Shown: positions 9,278 to 18,213 of the stretch, in pieces
Layout of the letters: each line of letters begins with the position of its first letter
Numbering within the stretch: the stretch's first letter is position 1
Source: a virus
Taxonomy: Duplodnaviria > Caudoviricetes
Strand: one strand, 5' to 3'
Length of the DNA stretch: 64,000 nt
IMG/VR virus record: IMGVR_UViG_3300009873_000003
Span: 1-64,000 of that record
Translations under genes and position numbers: made by a program
Notes under the pieces: generated by a model
Told to the model about the DNA's origin: nothing
Databases searched by the model: none
The model's input: only the letters and a program-made list of their open reading frames with translations

Positions 9278-9979
9278 CTAACCAAGCTTAAGGGTTTTAA
9301 AACTTTCCACAACTTGAGTTACAGTCACTTCGTTTTCAGCGAACATTTCATGTAATTGCGGTAGAATGTTTCGATTATTTTTCCGCAATGCGTTCGCTTT
9401 TTCCCAGGTGGCGGCCTGTAATGCACTTGGTATGAAATTTTTTTCGATTGCAACAGTCTCGTATACTTGTTGTACAACTTCCAGACCGTTGTCCTTTAAC
9501 GCATATGTCCCTGGCAAGTCACCTAGTCCCAGGACAATGCTCATCGCAAGACTGTCAACCACTACAGGGTTAATCTGGTCAGGGTTAAGAATATTTTGGT
9601 AGAATGGCCCAGTCTTTACGCCGAACTTGAATGGTTGGTTGCGTAGGCAAGCGTAGACATTTGTCATCGCTGCTTTAGTGTGTACGCTAATTTCTTGCCC
9701 ATCTTTCCAAGCAACTAGTACACGGTACGCACGACGTTTGTTTAGTTCCCATTCCGTGAGCGGAGAAAGTAGAGCGGTCACTGCGCACACTGTTTCCAAA
9801 GAATAATCAAGTTCTTGCGCTACTGACTTTGCCCAAACGTTAGCATCATAGTACCATGACGACGGGGCAACATTTGAAGCAAATTCACGTAATGTTGCTA
9901 CAGCATTGTTAAAGTCTACGTCTGTTTTACGAACTGTTACCTTAATACTGTTGTTGCTTAGTTGACGAAAAATTTTCAT
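9278..9979 (-). CDS. phage protein of a family resembling HhH-GPD DNA glycosylases
   Basis: WY..A, ALLSP..W..N, KT..FY.NI, VVVD and LQAATW motifs. Confidence 0.5.
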   Translation of the reverse strand: MKIFRQLSNNSIKVTVRKTDVDFNNAVATLREFASNVAPSSWYYDANVWAKSVAQELDYSLETVCAVTALLSPLTEWELNKRRAYRVLVAWKDGQEISVHTKAAMTNVYACLRNQPFKFGVKTGPFYQNILNPDQINPVVVDSLAMSIVLGLGDLPGTYALKDNGLEVVQQVYETVAIEKNFIPSALQAATWEKANALRKNNRNILPQLHEMFAENEVTVTQVVESFKTLKLG

Positions 9980-10043
9980 TTTTTCCCCTCCCTTGACTGT
10001 TGCGTGAAAGATTGACAATCTGTTGTGAAGTTGATATGATACG

Positions 10044-10193
10044 TTACACTAGGTTAAGAAAACGTCGCCATTGATTGATTAACTTGATGCGTCGCACAAA
10101 ACGACGTCGGCGAATTGCTGAGTTATGTTTTGCCTTGCAACTCTCAAAGGCGGGCAGGTTTTCAAACCGTTCTAATTGCGTAGGCGTTAGCAT
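10044..10193 (-). CDS. 49-aa Arg-rich peptide
   Basis: AGGAG RBS; MLTPTQLERFENLPAFESCKAKHNSAIRRRRFVRRIKLINQWRRFLNLV. Confidence 0.55.
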   Translation of the reverse strand: MLTPTQLERFENLPAFESCKAKHNSAIRRRRFVRRIKLINQWRRFLNLV

Positions 10194-10423
10194 GATAGTT
10201 TCTCCTGTTTAGACTTCTGAAGAATTTAATCAAGGTTAATCGAAAATTTAATCAAGGTTAAATAGTAGGTTGCGACCTTTGGGGCGAAAAGTGGGTCAAA
10301 CGTACGCTATAACGTACGTTTTTTGCTGTTAAGTGGGACAAAGTTGTTGTTTTTTGCTGTTTTTTACCAACTTTGCCCTAAATTTTTACATTTGACTAAT
10401 TGTTATGTTTGTTCGCTAGTGCT

Positions 10424-10498
10424 AGTCTAACATATGGGCAAACGTTTAACTTGACGCTTGCCCTACGCTTGCCCTACGTTTTTGTGGTGTTAGCCTAC
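10424..10498 (-). promoter_or_regulatory. repeat-array promoter cassette P6
   Basis: CGTAGGGCAAGCGTCAAGT-N19-TAGACT with TG. Confidence 0.75.
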
Positions 10499-10693
10499 TT
10501 TTTCCCTTACTTGCATAGTAGCGTTAATAAATGGCTCAAGTAATGTCATAGAATAGACTGAAAAGAATGGCTTGCCCGACAAACTTATAGCAGCTCACTT
10601 TCTTTGATTTAATTAATGTCAAACCATTGCATAGCTGGTTGGCATCAGCAATAGCTGGTTGGCATCAGACAGCTATGCAAACGTTTGAATTAA

Positions 10694-11074
10694 TTAAACA
10701 ATGTTCTGTTTCCCCCAGTAATGTTGTTCAAACAGTTTAGCGAAGTTTTTAAGTGTCCTATCGATATTGAATTGCACACCGGCATGACGACGCATGTGTA
10801 GATTAGTCATGATAGTATACGCTAGCACGTTGCCGTTATCTTTAGTTTTGAAAACTAATGGCGTACAGTCGTTATTATCAATTTTAGGTGCGTAGATTTT
10901 AAGCGTAAAGATTGCGCCAGGAACTTCACTATAGCGCATAATGGCGCAATATAAGCAGTTTTCACCGTTTTTATCGCACATGACGAAAGCAGCAAAGTTG
11001 CACACAACAAACTCGTTAAAAAGTTTAGCACATGTAGTGCGTTTGCGGGTTTCGCCTACAAATTCATATAACAT
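10694..11074 (-). CDS. hypothetical protein
   Basis: Start moved to MLYEF because the P7 -10 box overlaps the listed start. Confidence 0.6.
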   Translation of the reverse strand: MLYEFVGETRKRTTCAKLFNEFVVCNFAAFVMCDKNGENCLYCAIMRYSEVPGAIFTLKIYAPKIDNNDCTPLVFKTKDNGNVLAYTIMTNLHMRRHAGVQFNIDRTLKNFAKLFEQHYWGKQNIV

Positions 11075-11118
11075 ATTATGCGCCTTTCTTTCTGAAGCTT
11101 CTGTTGACTGATAATCTA

Positions 11119-11194
11119 AGTCTAACACATGGGCAAACGTCTTACTTGACGTTTGCCCTACGTTTTTGTGGCGTTAGCCTACGTTTGCCCCACG
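11119..11194 (-). promoter_or_regulatory. repeat-array promoter cassette P7
   Basis: CGTAGGGCAAACGTCAAGT-N19-TAGACT with TG. Confidence 0.75.
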
Positions 11195-11197
11195 TTT

Positions 11198-11779
11198 CTA
11201 ATCACGCAATTGCAACATTGCGTTGACAAATTCATCGACGTTTAACGCAACGTAACAACAGAATTCCGGTTCGCCAGTGATATTCATGCTAGCTACTGCC
11301 TTGTCGTTGACGTAGAATGAAATCCGGTTACAGTAGACGTCAAACTTACAGTTATAGTAATCAGCATACCGACAGTGAACAACGACGTGACTAAAATGCT
11401 TTGCTTGTTCACGGATTCCGGCAACTAGCGCAGCAAATTCAGCATAGTCTTTCACACTGGTAGAATAGGTCAGCGTTTCTGGCGGTTTATAGAGAAAGTC
11501 AAACAGCGCAGGAAGGATAACGTCAACCAAACAAATTTGGTCATCTGACAGCCCTTGACAGATATTTAAGACAGGATAGGCTAGCAGTTCAGAAGTATCA
11601 ACACTGAACAATAGGCCAGACGTTGCGAATTTTTTATACGTACTAGTCACAGTGAACCAGTCATCGTGAGATTGTACTTTAACAGTGTAGTCGTCTAGAA
11701 TACTTGGCATAGTGGCAAGTTTTTCTTTGCCGTATCTAGTTCGGATAAAAGTTTGCTTAATTTCTTCGTGTAAGGACAT
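11198..11779 (-). CDS. hypothetical protein
   Basis: AAGGTG RBS before MSLHEE. Confidence 0.65.
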   Translation of the reverse strand: MSLHEEIKQTFIRTRYGKEKLATMPSILDDYTVKVQSHDDWFTVTSTYKKFATSGLLFSVDTSELLAYPVLNICQGLSDDQICLVDVILPALFDFLYKPPETLTYSTSVKDYAEFAALVAGIREQAKHFSHVVVHCRYADYYNCKFDVYCNRISFYVNDKAVASMNITGEPEFCCYVALNVDEFVNAMLQLRD

Positions 11780-11854
11780 TTTTTCACCTTTTGTTGATGA
11801 GATGTTGCACAAACGTTGCGCTAACTTTGGGCAAACTTTGTGCTAATTGTTGCG

Positions 11855-12085
11855 TTAGTCCTGTGTTGGTTGACAATAGCTGCTAAGAATATCGTCAACG
11901 CTAAGGGCATCGAGACTACCGAAAGCATAGTCTAAATTTTGCGCAGTGTATTGCGCAAGTGAATCGTTGGATATGCGATATTCACCATCGCATTCTTCCG
12001 CTTTAACCTTGCCTTGGCGTACCATGCTAAGCATTTTATCATACGATACACCTAACGCTTTTGCTGATTGTCTGACAGTTAACAT
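11855..12085 (-). CDS. excisionase/BldC-like (HTH_17, MerR-like) DNA-binding protein
   Basis: MLTVRQSAKALGVSYDKMLSMVRQGKVKA...GEYRI signature; GGGG RBS. Confidence 0.8.
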   Translation of the reverse strand: MLTVRQSAKALGVSYDKMLSMVRQGKVKAEECDGEYRISNDSLAQYTAQNLDYAFGSLDALSVDDILSSYCQPTQD

Positions 12086-12164
12086 AGTTTCCCCATTAGA
12101 ATTAGTACGGCAATAACCCAAAGAATGTAATGAGCAGTTGATAGATTTGATGGCGTAGTCATTG

Positions 12165-12377
12165 TTAAAAACTCGATTTCCAAAAGCTGAATTGCAAATC
12201 AGAAAGCTCATTATTAATGTTGAAAAGTTGTGCGGCTTGCTTCTGTTGTTCAGTAAGCATGAAACGCACATCACCGCTAACCGCTTGCAATTGTGCTGAC
12301 ATCAGTGCGTTTTGCATCAAGAGATAGGCAATAATACCGGCAACAAGCAACTGTTTGGCGAGATTAATCAATTTCAC
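12165..12377 (-). CDS. small membrane-anchored protein
   Basis: Hydrophobic N-terminus followed by Q-rich coil. Confidence 0.45.
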   Translation of the reverse strand: MKLINLAKQLLVAGIIAYLLMQNALMSAQLQAVSGDVRFMLTEQQKQAAQLFNINNELSDLQFSFWKSSF

Positions 12378-12822
12378 CTTTAACCTACTTTCTTAACAGT
12401 GGCGTAGCAGCGTTAGCTGCTTACATTGTCTAGATTGACATGATAGCTGTTTGGCATCAGCTATACGTTTAGTCTGGCGTTAGCCAAACAGCTATCATGG
12501 CAATCCAAACATTGCAAGTGCTTGGCAATCTTGCGTTAAGCATCGACGATTTGAATCGTTCGTGGGACAAGTCAACCACGCAATACTTAACGCAATTAAG
12601 TTGTTAAGGTACGACACCCAACACACTAGACCAGAAACCGCAATCTCTGTTTTATTGTCTAGTCAAGCTTGTGAACTTCTGTTTCTTTACTTTCGGTTTG
12701 GTGGGATACCTGTAATCCTAACAGGTTAGGTCAATCTTGTTTGAACTTTCGGTGGCGGTGGGTTGATACGTTTGCGTTACCTTTCTGCGGTTTGCCTTGC
12801 GTTTGTTTCTTTCGATAGCACT

Positions 12823-12898
12823 AGTTTACCACGGTTTGGCCCAAACGCATCCCTACGCAATCCCTACGCTATACCTACGTTGGTCTGATGTTAGCCTA
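12823..12898 (-). promoter_or_regulatory. lead promoter cassette P0 (variant)
   Basis: TGG-TAAACT; CCTACG boxes at 12852, 12863, 12874 and partial at 12895; lacks the TTGACG box. Confidence 0.65.
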
Positions 12899-13244
12899 TA
12901 CTCCTTTACTTAGTTGCGCTATGTATATATTTATAACGTCATAAACAGATGTTCTACTAAACTGGTAGGCATCGGCAATAGCTGTTAGACATCGGCGTTC
13001 GCTGTTAGACATCGGCAAGATAATAAAAGTGTAATAATTTTTAGAAAATTTTGGTGTTTGCAGTATTGAAAAATGACAACATCCTTTTTCTGACAGCGTT
13101 CATAGGGGCAGGTAGGTAGGTTGCGTGTTTGGTGATGTTATGAAAAGTCATTGACCCGATTCTAAAATCAATTCTATGTTCTAGAATTTTACCCTAACGT
13201 CATATAAACTATAGTCATCTTTACCAACACAATCGAGGTCTAAC

Positions 13245-13481
13245 ATGTCACGAAACGCTTTGCCACCGTCGCATTATGAATTAAAACTTCACAATAAATA
13301 TAATCAAACCTACGTCATCCTTCCCCAAGAAAGTTGGCGTGGCGTTAGGACAAACGTCGCAATTCATTGCGACAAGCACCAAACTAAACGCTTTGTTTGG
13401 TTGCAGAAAATCTTTAATGGCCGGAATTCAATTTGGCCTTGCCGTCAATGTTTCCTGGATTCATTGCGACCCCCCTACTGA
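13245..13481 (+). CDS. small Zn-binding protein (DUF723-like)
   Basis: V.I.CDKH ... CRQC; GAGG RBS. Confidence 0.5.
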   Translation: MSRNALPPSHYELKLHNKYNQTYVILPQESWRGVRTNVAIHCDKHQTKRFVWLQKIFNGRNSIWPCRQCFLDSLRPPY

Positions 13482-13506
13482 TGACCCCCCTACTGAAAAG
13501 GTTTGG

Positions 13507-13546
13507 CAAAACAGCAAGTTTCAAGCATGATAAACTTGCTGTTTTG
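13507..13546 (+). terminator. hairpin terminator
   Basis: CAAAACAGCAAGTTT/AAACTTGCTGTTTTG. Confidence 0.6.
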
Positions 13547-13888
13547 TGCTTTGCTATTGGATGCTGATGTTGGTTTGGTCGGACTTGCGCCAAGCTTCGT
13601 CACTGCGTGACAGACATTGGCGCAACGAAAGACAACGCTAACATTCATAGTCAGGAAGACTAGAATGTTAGCGTCTGAGAAGGCTAGGCCGAGAACGTTA
13701 GCGTGTTCATGTTCACACGAGGGACGACACTGTGAGAAAGCTTTTAGAACGTTTTTAGAGCGCTTTTCTCGGCTAAAATCGAGAAAGTTCTCGCTAAGCT
13801 GAGAATCTTAGCGAGAAACATCGCTTTCCAACACTTTCCAACAACCCTCGGCGTTCATCGGCGAACATCCGTCAAATTAATGGTATTG

Positions 13889-14152
13889 TCATTCACGTTT
13901 TAGCCCATGTTGTTGATAGAAGTTGTCGAGCATTCGGTCAAATTCGATTCTAGCAAGTTTATTGAGTTCTTGTTTAACGTAGGCTGGGTCAAGTTCAACT
14001 TCTTGCAATAGTTCGTCAAGTAGTTCATGCTTACGACTTAGTTCAGCATTTTGCTTCTTGGTAGCGTTTAATGTATTTGTAAATTGTTGGTACGCTAACA
14101 GCAAGTTCTGAAGCCAGGTTAGATTTATTAATTTGGTTAACGTCGTGCGCAT
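13889..14152 (-). CDS. hypothetical protein (start uncertain)
   Basis: Overlaps the end of the 14043 gene. Confidence 0.35.
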   Translation of the reverse strand: MRTTLTKLINLTWLQNLLLAYQQFTNTLNATKKQNAELSRKHELLDELLQEVELDPAYVKQELNKLARIEFDRMLDNFYQQHGLKRE

Positions 14153-14858
14153 ATCGTTTCTCCATTAGTGCTAGAAAAGTTGCATAGGATTCTGACTTGA
14201 TTGGTGTTGCGCTATTGCCGATGTCAGTGTTTCGGGTTGTTGGTTCAACTGGTTCAAGCGGTTTCGCTTCACTTTTGAAAGTCTTTTTAGTTTCTTCTGG
14301 CATCAAGAGTGACAGTGCTTCATCTGTTTTATAGCGAACGATTTCGACGAGTCTTTCTTTCAGATAGGTGTTGTCGATTTCGATGCTATCTAAGTCAGTT
14401 GAGAGTGCAATCTTTTCTGTGATTCGTTCACTAAAGCCTTCGTTGAAGAGTTTCAACTTACGTTTTTTCTCGCTTAAGTGAAACGTTGACATGGCATACG
14501 CTAGCCCAAATTCCATTAAAGTCGGGAAAATGAGGCCGAAGAACGCTGCTAAGTAGATGTTCAGGCCATGTGACAGATAGGCAAGACATTGCAACACACC
14601 AGACGTCAGAGCGAAAAGTAAGGTCACGGTGAGCATGGTGTTGAACGCTGTCTTGTCTGTTCTATCGACTTTGCTTAGCAACATACTGACAGAGACTAGC
14701 CCAAACCCAATGCCAGAGCCAAGAATAACACTAAAGTAGATGCCATGACCATGTGCTGACAGATAGGTCGTCACGTTAAACACTGACGCAATGGCAAAGC
14801 TAATCATCACGGTTTCAACTAGTCTTTCGTTCGTTAAATGTTTTTTAAGTTCTTTCAT
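14043..14858 (-). CDS. 4-TM membrane protein with coiled coil and C-terminal HTH (Spd/DUF2637-like architecture)
   Basis: Four hydrophobic segments; INKSNLASELAVSVPTIYKYIKR HTH. Confidence 0.65.
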   Translation of the reverse strand: MKELKKHLTNERLVETVMISFAIASVFNVTTYLSAHGHGIYFSVILGSGIGFGLVSVSMLLSKVDRTDKTAFNTMLTVTLLFALTSGVLQCLAYLSHGLNIYLAAFFGLIFPTLMEFGLAYAMSTFHLSEKKRKLKLFNEGFSERITEKIALSTDLDSIEIDNTYLKERLVEIVRYKTDEALSLLMPEETKKTFKSEAKPLEPVEPTTRNTDIGNSATPIKSESYATFLALMEKRYAHDVNQINKSNLASELAVSVPTIYKYIKRYQEAKC

Positions 14859-14915
14859 GAGCGCCTTAATTTTCTTGTTAAATTAAAAAAGTCTGCCAAG
14901 TTGCAGACCTTACAT

Positions 14916-14944
14916 ATTATAACAGTTAACGTTTAAAAAGTCAA
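14916..14944 (-). promoter_or_regulatory. sigma70-type promoter
   Basis: TTGACT-17-TATAAT with TG. Confidence 0.75.
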
Positions 14945-14984
14945 CGTTTCACGCAGTAGCCTTGGTTAATGTTTTGCCTTAACT

Positions 14985-15240
14985 ACTGTTGAATTTTCGC
15001 CTGTTAAATTTTAGCCTTTAGAGTTTAGCCTGTTAAATTTTAGCCTTTAAATTTTAGCCTTTAGAGTTTAGCCTTTAGAGTTTAGCCTTTAGAGTTTAGC
15101 CTTTAAACCATAAACCCCTTTAAAATTTAACCCCTTAAATTTAACCCCTTAAATTTAACTCTTTAAAATTTAACCCTTTAAAATTTAACCCTTTAAAATT
15201 TAACCCTTTAAAATTTAACCTTTTAAAATTTTAGTCTCTA
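14985..15240. repeat. AT-rich 14-15-bp tandem repeat tract in two subfamilies
   Basis: TTTAGCCTTTAGAG-type units, then TTTAACCCTTTAAAA-type units. Confidence 0.9.
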
Positions 15241-15254
15241 GAATTTTTCGCCAT

Positions 15255-15599
15255 TCACAGGCGAAAATTTCTTAACAGTGGTGACAGGATTAAGGTTAAA
15301 ATTATTGTCATGATTATTCTAGCGATGAGTAGTGAGTTAAAAAGTAGCGTTAAACCATAGAGGGCTGGCAGGCGAAGTGTTAAGAACATAATGACGGAGA
15401 GTGCGACCAAGGCATAGCGTTTAAAGCGATTGTGCAGGTTAAATGACGAGTAGTTAAATAGAATTAAGACGATGGCGACTGGCATATAGTTGAGCACAAT
15501 TCCTGCGATGCTATAGGACAGATTTGTGCCAAAATCAAGTAACCCAGCCAGCGTGACGACAAGACAAAGAGTTAAGGTTGCTGCGATGACGTGCTTCAT
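15255..15599 (-). CDS. multi-TM membrane protein
   Basis: About 4 hydrophobic helices from MKHVIAA. Confidence 0.65.
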   Translation of the reverse strand: MKHVIAATLTLCLVVTLAGLLDFGTNLSYSIAGIVLNYMPVAIVLILFNYSSFNLHNRFKRYALVALSVIMFLTLRLPALYGLTLLFNSLLIARIIMTIILTLILSPLLRNFRL

Positions 15600-15692
15600 T
15601 TTCTTCTCTTCTTTCTGATGTTGGAGTCCGAAGTCTTGCAGAAAAGACTTTCTAAAAAACATTATAGCGTTGTTTTCTAGAAAGTCAAATCG

Positions 15693-16427
15693 TTAGTCGA
15701 ACAATTTTGCGGATTTGGAGCGAGGCTTAGCGACTGGTTTGGGAGAAGGTCGTCTGCGTGTTTTTAATGTCACGGTTTGTTTAGCGACAACTTTGGGTGA
15801 AGGGTGAATCTTCTTGCTAATTGTTTTAACAACTTCACGTCGTCTTTTTTCGTGATTAACGTGACTGGTTGGCAATGAAGTTAGCTGACTTTGAAAGATA
15901 AAAATCATCACTCTTTCTGCAAACATGACTGGCTGGTAGCGCACTCCCCACGGCTTCATTGGGTCGTTGTTCTGATAGCTGAGCGTGCTATGACCGCCTC
16001 TGGTTGCTGGTTTGGACATCACGACAACGCCATTGAAGCCATGCGTGATGTGTTGTCTAAGGATTAGGTCGGCTTGAAAGTGTCTTGATTCAGGCACGAG
16101 CACAGCGACTTCGATGTATTCGTGACAATCATGTCCGACTTCATCAACGCCTTTTAGCGCATATTGAAGCATGGTTGGAATACCGTAGCTCCAGAATGCT
16201 GTGCTCAGAATTTGACCGCCAGAGATGCCTGATTGATAGATTCTGAAGGTGATGTTTTTAGGAAACACGAGTTTAAAGCGTTTTGCATGGCGTGATGCTC
16301 TAATTGAGACAACAATCAGATAGTAAAGGACAGCAGGGAATGAGAGAAACATTGCTGCTCCTGTCATTGCCTGCATGAATTGGTCTTTATTACTAAGCTT
16401 GCACTTGCAGTCGTCTTTAGTTGCCAC
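15693..16427 (-). CDS. membrane-anchored protein with basic C-terminal tail
   Basis: N-terminal TM, K/R/P-rich tail; coupled to the ATPase gene. Confidence 0.65.
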   Translation of the reverse strand: MATKDDCKCKLSNKDQFMQAMTGAAMFLSFPAVLYYLIVVSIRASRHAKRFKLVFPKNITFRIYQSGISGGQILSTAFWSYGIPTMLQYALKGVDEVGHDCHEYIEVAVLVPESRHFQADLILRQHITHGFNGVVVMSKPATRGGHSTLSYQNNDPMKPWGVRYQPVMFAERVMIFIFQSQLTSLPTSHVNHEKRRREVVKTISKKIHPSPKVVAKQTVTLKTRRRPSPKPVAKPRSKSAKLFD

Positions 16428-18141
16428 TATCTGTCTCTACGACTTTCTTCACGATGTCATTATAGAACTGGCCCCAACGACCGCCAAACACAGTTTTCGT
16501 GATAGCTCTGAGTGAAACACCGTCGTGATGCAGATTTCTAATGAGCGTCTTATCCCTTTCGGTCAAGTCCTCGTAACAAGCCGGTGCGGTTATCTGCTCT
16601 GTTTCGTTTTCTGTTTCTTCGTCAATCACATTGACAACTGCGCTTTCGACAACTGCTGGCTTTTTGGTCTCGTGTAGACGTTCAAACGGATTAGTGAAAT
16701 TCACTTCAGCGTCACTTTCTGCAATCAGCCGTCTAACCGATGGTTTCAATTTAGTTCTAACATCCAGGAGTGCTTTCGTATGCCACGCCTTAAACTTCGT
16801 GCTCTTGTTTGTAGAACTAGCGAATTCACCAGCGTTTTTAAGTTTAGGCAGATAGTGGAATCCAATCCCTTTCCCTGCGCCTGCTTCCAACTTGAAAGCG
16901 ACCCAATACTTGACCAAACTTTTGATGACAGGTTCCCAGCGTGTTGTCTCTTGGTCGATAAAGATAAGACTCATTCCAACGGCTCTACAATCACGCATCA
17001 TTGTGCTCAACGCCTTGATGATGTAGTCATAGTCTTTTCTATTATTCCCCTTGAGCGTGTCACACAGTGAGCCGAACTCTTCTAAAATCACAATAATTGG
17101 CACCATTTTGTGTGAATCGAGTTCATCATAGAAATCTTGAATGCTCTTGTCAGCAACGATTTGTTTGCGTTGGGCATAGATTTCGCCGAGTTGAAAAATC
17201 TGGTCCCTAAAGACGTTGCTATTTGTCATGTGTACTTCAAAGACGCTGCTAAAGGGTTGCCAGTCCATTAAGCCTTTAGCATCCAGCACAATCACGTGGT
17301 AGCCTGACTTACGTGCATAGTAGGCTGTCAGGAGTCCTGTTGAACTCGTCTTGCCGGTTTTCGTGCTGCCGACAATGCCAACATTCACCACATCTCTGAT
17401 GTTAATTTCACTCAGTTCGCCTGTCTCTTCGTCTTGTCCGACAATCCAACTATTCTTGTTTGACATTCTGATTGCTTCATCAAGGCTAAGCAATTTCACA
17501 GGCTCTTTTTCAACACTTTCAGGTTCAACAATTTCTTCAGGTTTAACGCTCAGCAACTTTTGCGTTCTGTCATAGGCACCAGCAAGAAACTTTCCTGTTG
17601 CAGCATTCGGAATGCCACTTTCACCTGAGACAGCAATCGCTGTGCGAGTGTTTTGAATTTTCTTGTTATAGTCTAATTGTCTATCAGGGCCGAAGGTTCC
17701 ATCAACAGGTGCTTGCAGCAACATGCCGTTCGGTCCTGCTCCAATTGCGCCTGAAGGCGTCTTATTAATATCTACCTTCCACTTCACACCGTTCACTGTC
17801 ATGTCTTGCAGAGCGAAGGAACCGTCAATCTGACGATGCCATGACTCACGTCTTTTGTCGTAGCGCAAGTAAAGGACTAAGCCAGTCGTGCTGACCACAA
17901 TGCCGCAGAAAATCAGTAAGCCGTAGGGAAAGGCGTTGGTGACGGCTTCCCGTCTGATTTGTTCTTCAGTCAACTTGTGTCGCATATCGAGTTGCTCTTT
18001 TTCAAGCAGAACTCGATTGATGTCATTCTTAATCGCTTCACGTTGCGCAATCTGTGGACCGACGTACGACATGTATTGCTGAATATAAAATGCACCTAAG
18101 ATGATTCCTGCGGCTGCGAGATATAAGACTAGCTTCTTCAT
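16417..18141 (-). CDS. FtsK/SpoIIIE (TraB-like) membrane DNA translocase ATPase
   Basis: 2 TMs, Walker A GSTKTGKT, VLDAK, Walker B IVILEEF, RAVGMSLIFIDQ, C-terminal HTH-like helices. Confidence 0.75.
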   Translation of the reverse strand: MKKLVLYLAAAGIILGAFYIQQYMSYVGPQIAQREAIKNDINRVLLEKEQLDMRHKLTEEQIRREAVTNAFPYGLLIFCGIVVSTTGLVLYLRYDKRRESWHRQIDGSFALQDMTVNGVKWKVDINKTPSGAIGAGPNGMLLQAPVDGTFGPDRQLDYNKKIQNTRTAIAVSGESGIPNAATGKFLAGAYDRTQKLLSVKPEEIVEPESVEKEPVKLLSLDEAIRMSNKNSWIVGQDEETGELSEINIRDVVNVGIVGSTKTGKTSSTGLLTAYYARKSGYHVIVLDAKGLMDWQPFSSVFEVHMTNSNVFRDQIFQLGEIYAQRKQIVADKSIQDFYDELDSHKMVPIIVILEEFGSLCDTLKGNNRKDYDYIIKALSTMMRDCRAVGMSLIFIDQETTRWEPVIKSLVKYWVAFKLEAGAGKGIGFHYLPKLKNAGEFASSTNKSTKFKAWHTKALLDVRTKLKPSVRRLIAESDAEVNFTNPFERLHETKKPAVVESAVVNVIDEETENETEQITAPACYEDLTERDKTLIRNLHHDGVSLRAITKTVFGGRWGQFYNDIVKKVVETDSGN

Positions 18142-18213
18142 GGTAAACCTACATTGAGTTGACGTGAGTCAAGGGCCGATGATATATTAATCGCTCTTGC
18201 GACCCGAAATCCT

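Noticed and set aside
10078-10092. Additional promoter box (AACTTGATGC)
   Set aside because: No -10 at the 19-nt spacing, and it lies inside the 49-aa ORF
10421-11194. Integron attC sites (GGCTAAC...GTTAGAC hairpins)
   Set aside because: Only P6 and P7 fold this way, there is no tyrosine integrase in the window, and the GTTAGAC coincides with the extended -10 at a fixed spacing, which a promoter explains better
11855-12377. Frameshift fusion of the membrane ORF to the HTH gene
   Set aside because: The HTH gene has its own RBS and ATG at 12085; no convincing slippery site
1958-12898. Repeats as a CRISPR array
   Set aside because: They are separated by whole genes or directly tandem, with no constant-length unique spacers, and no cas genes are visible
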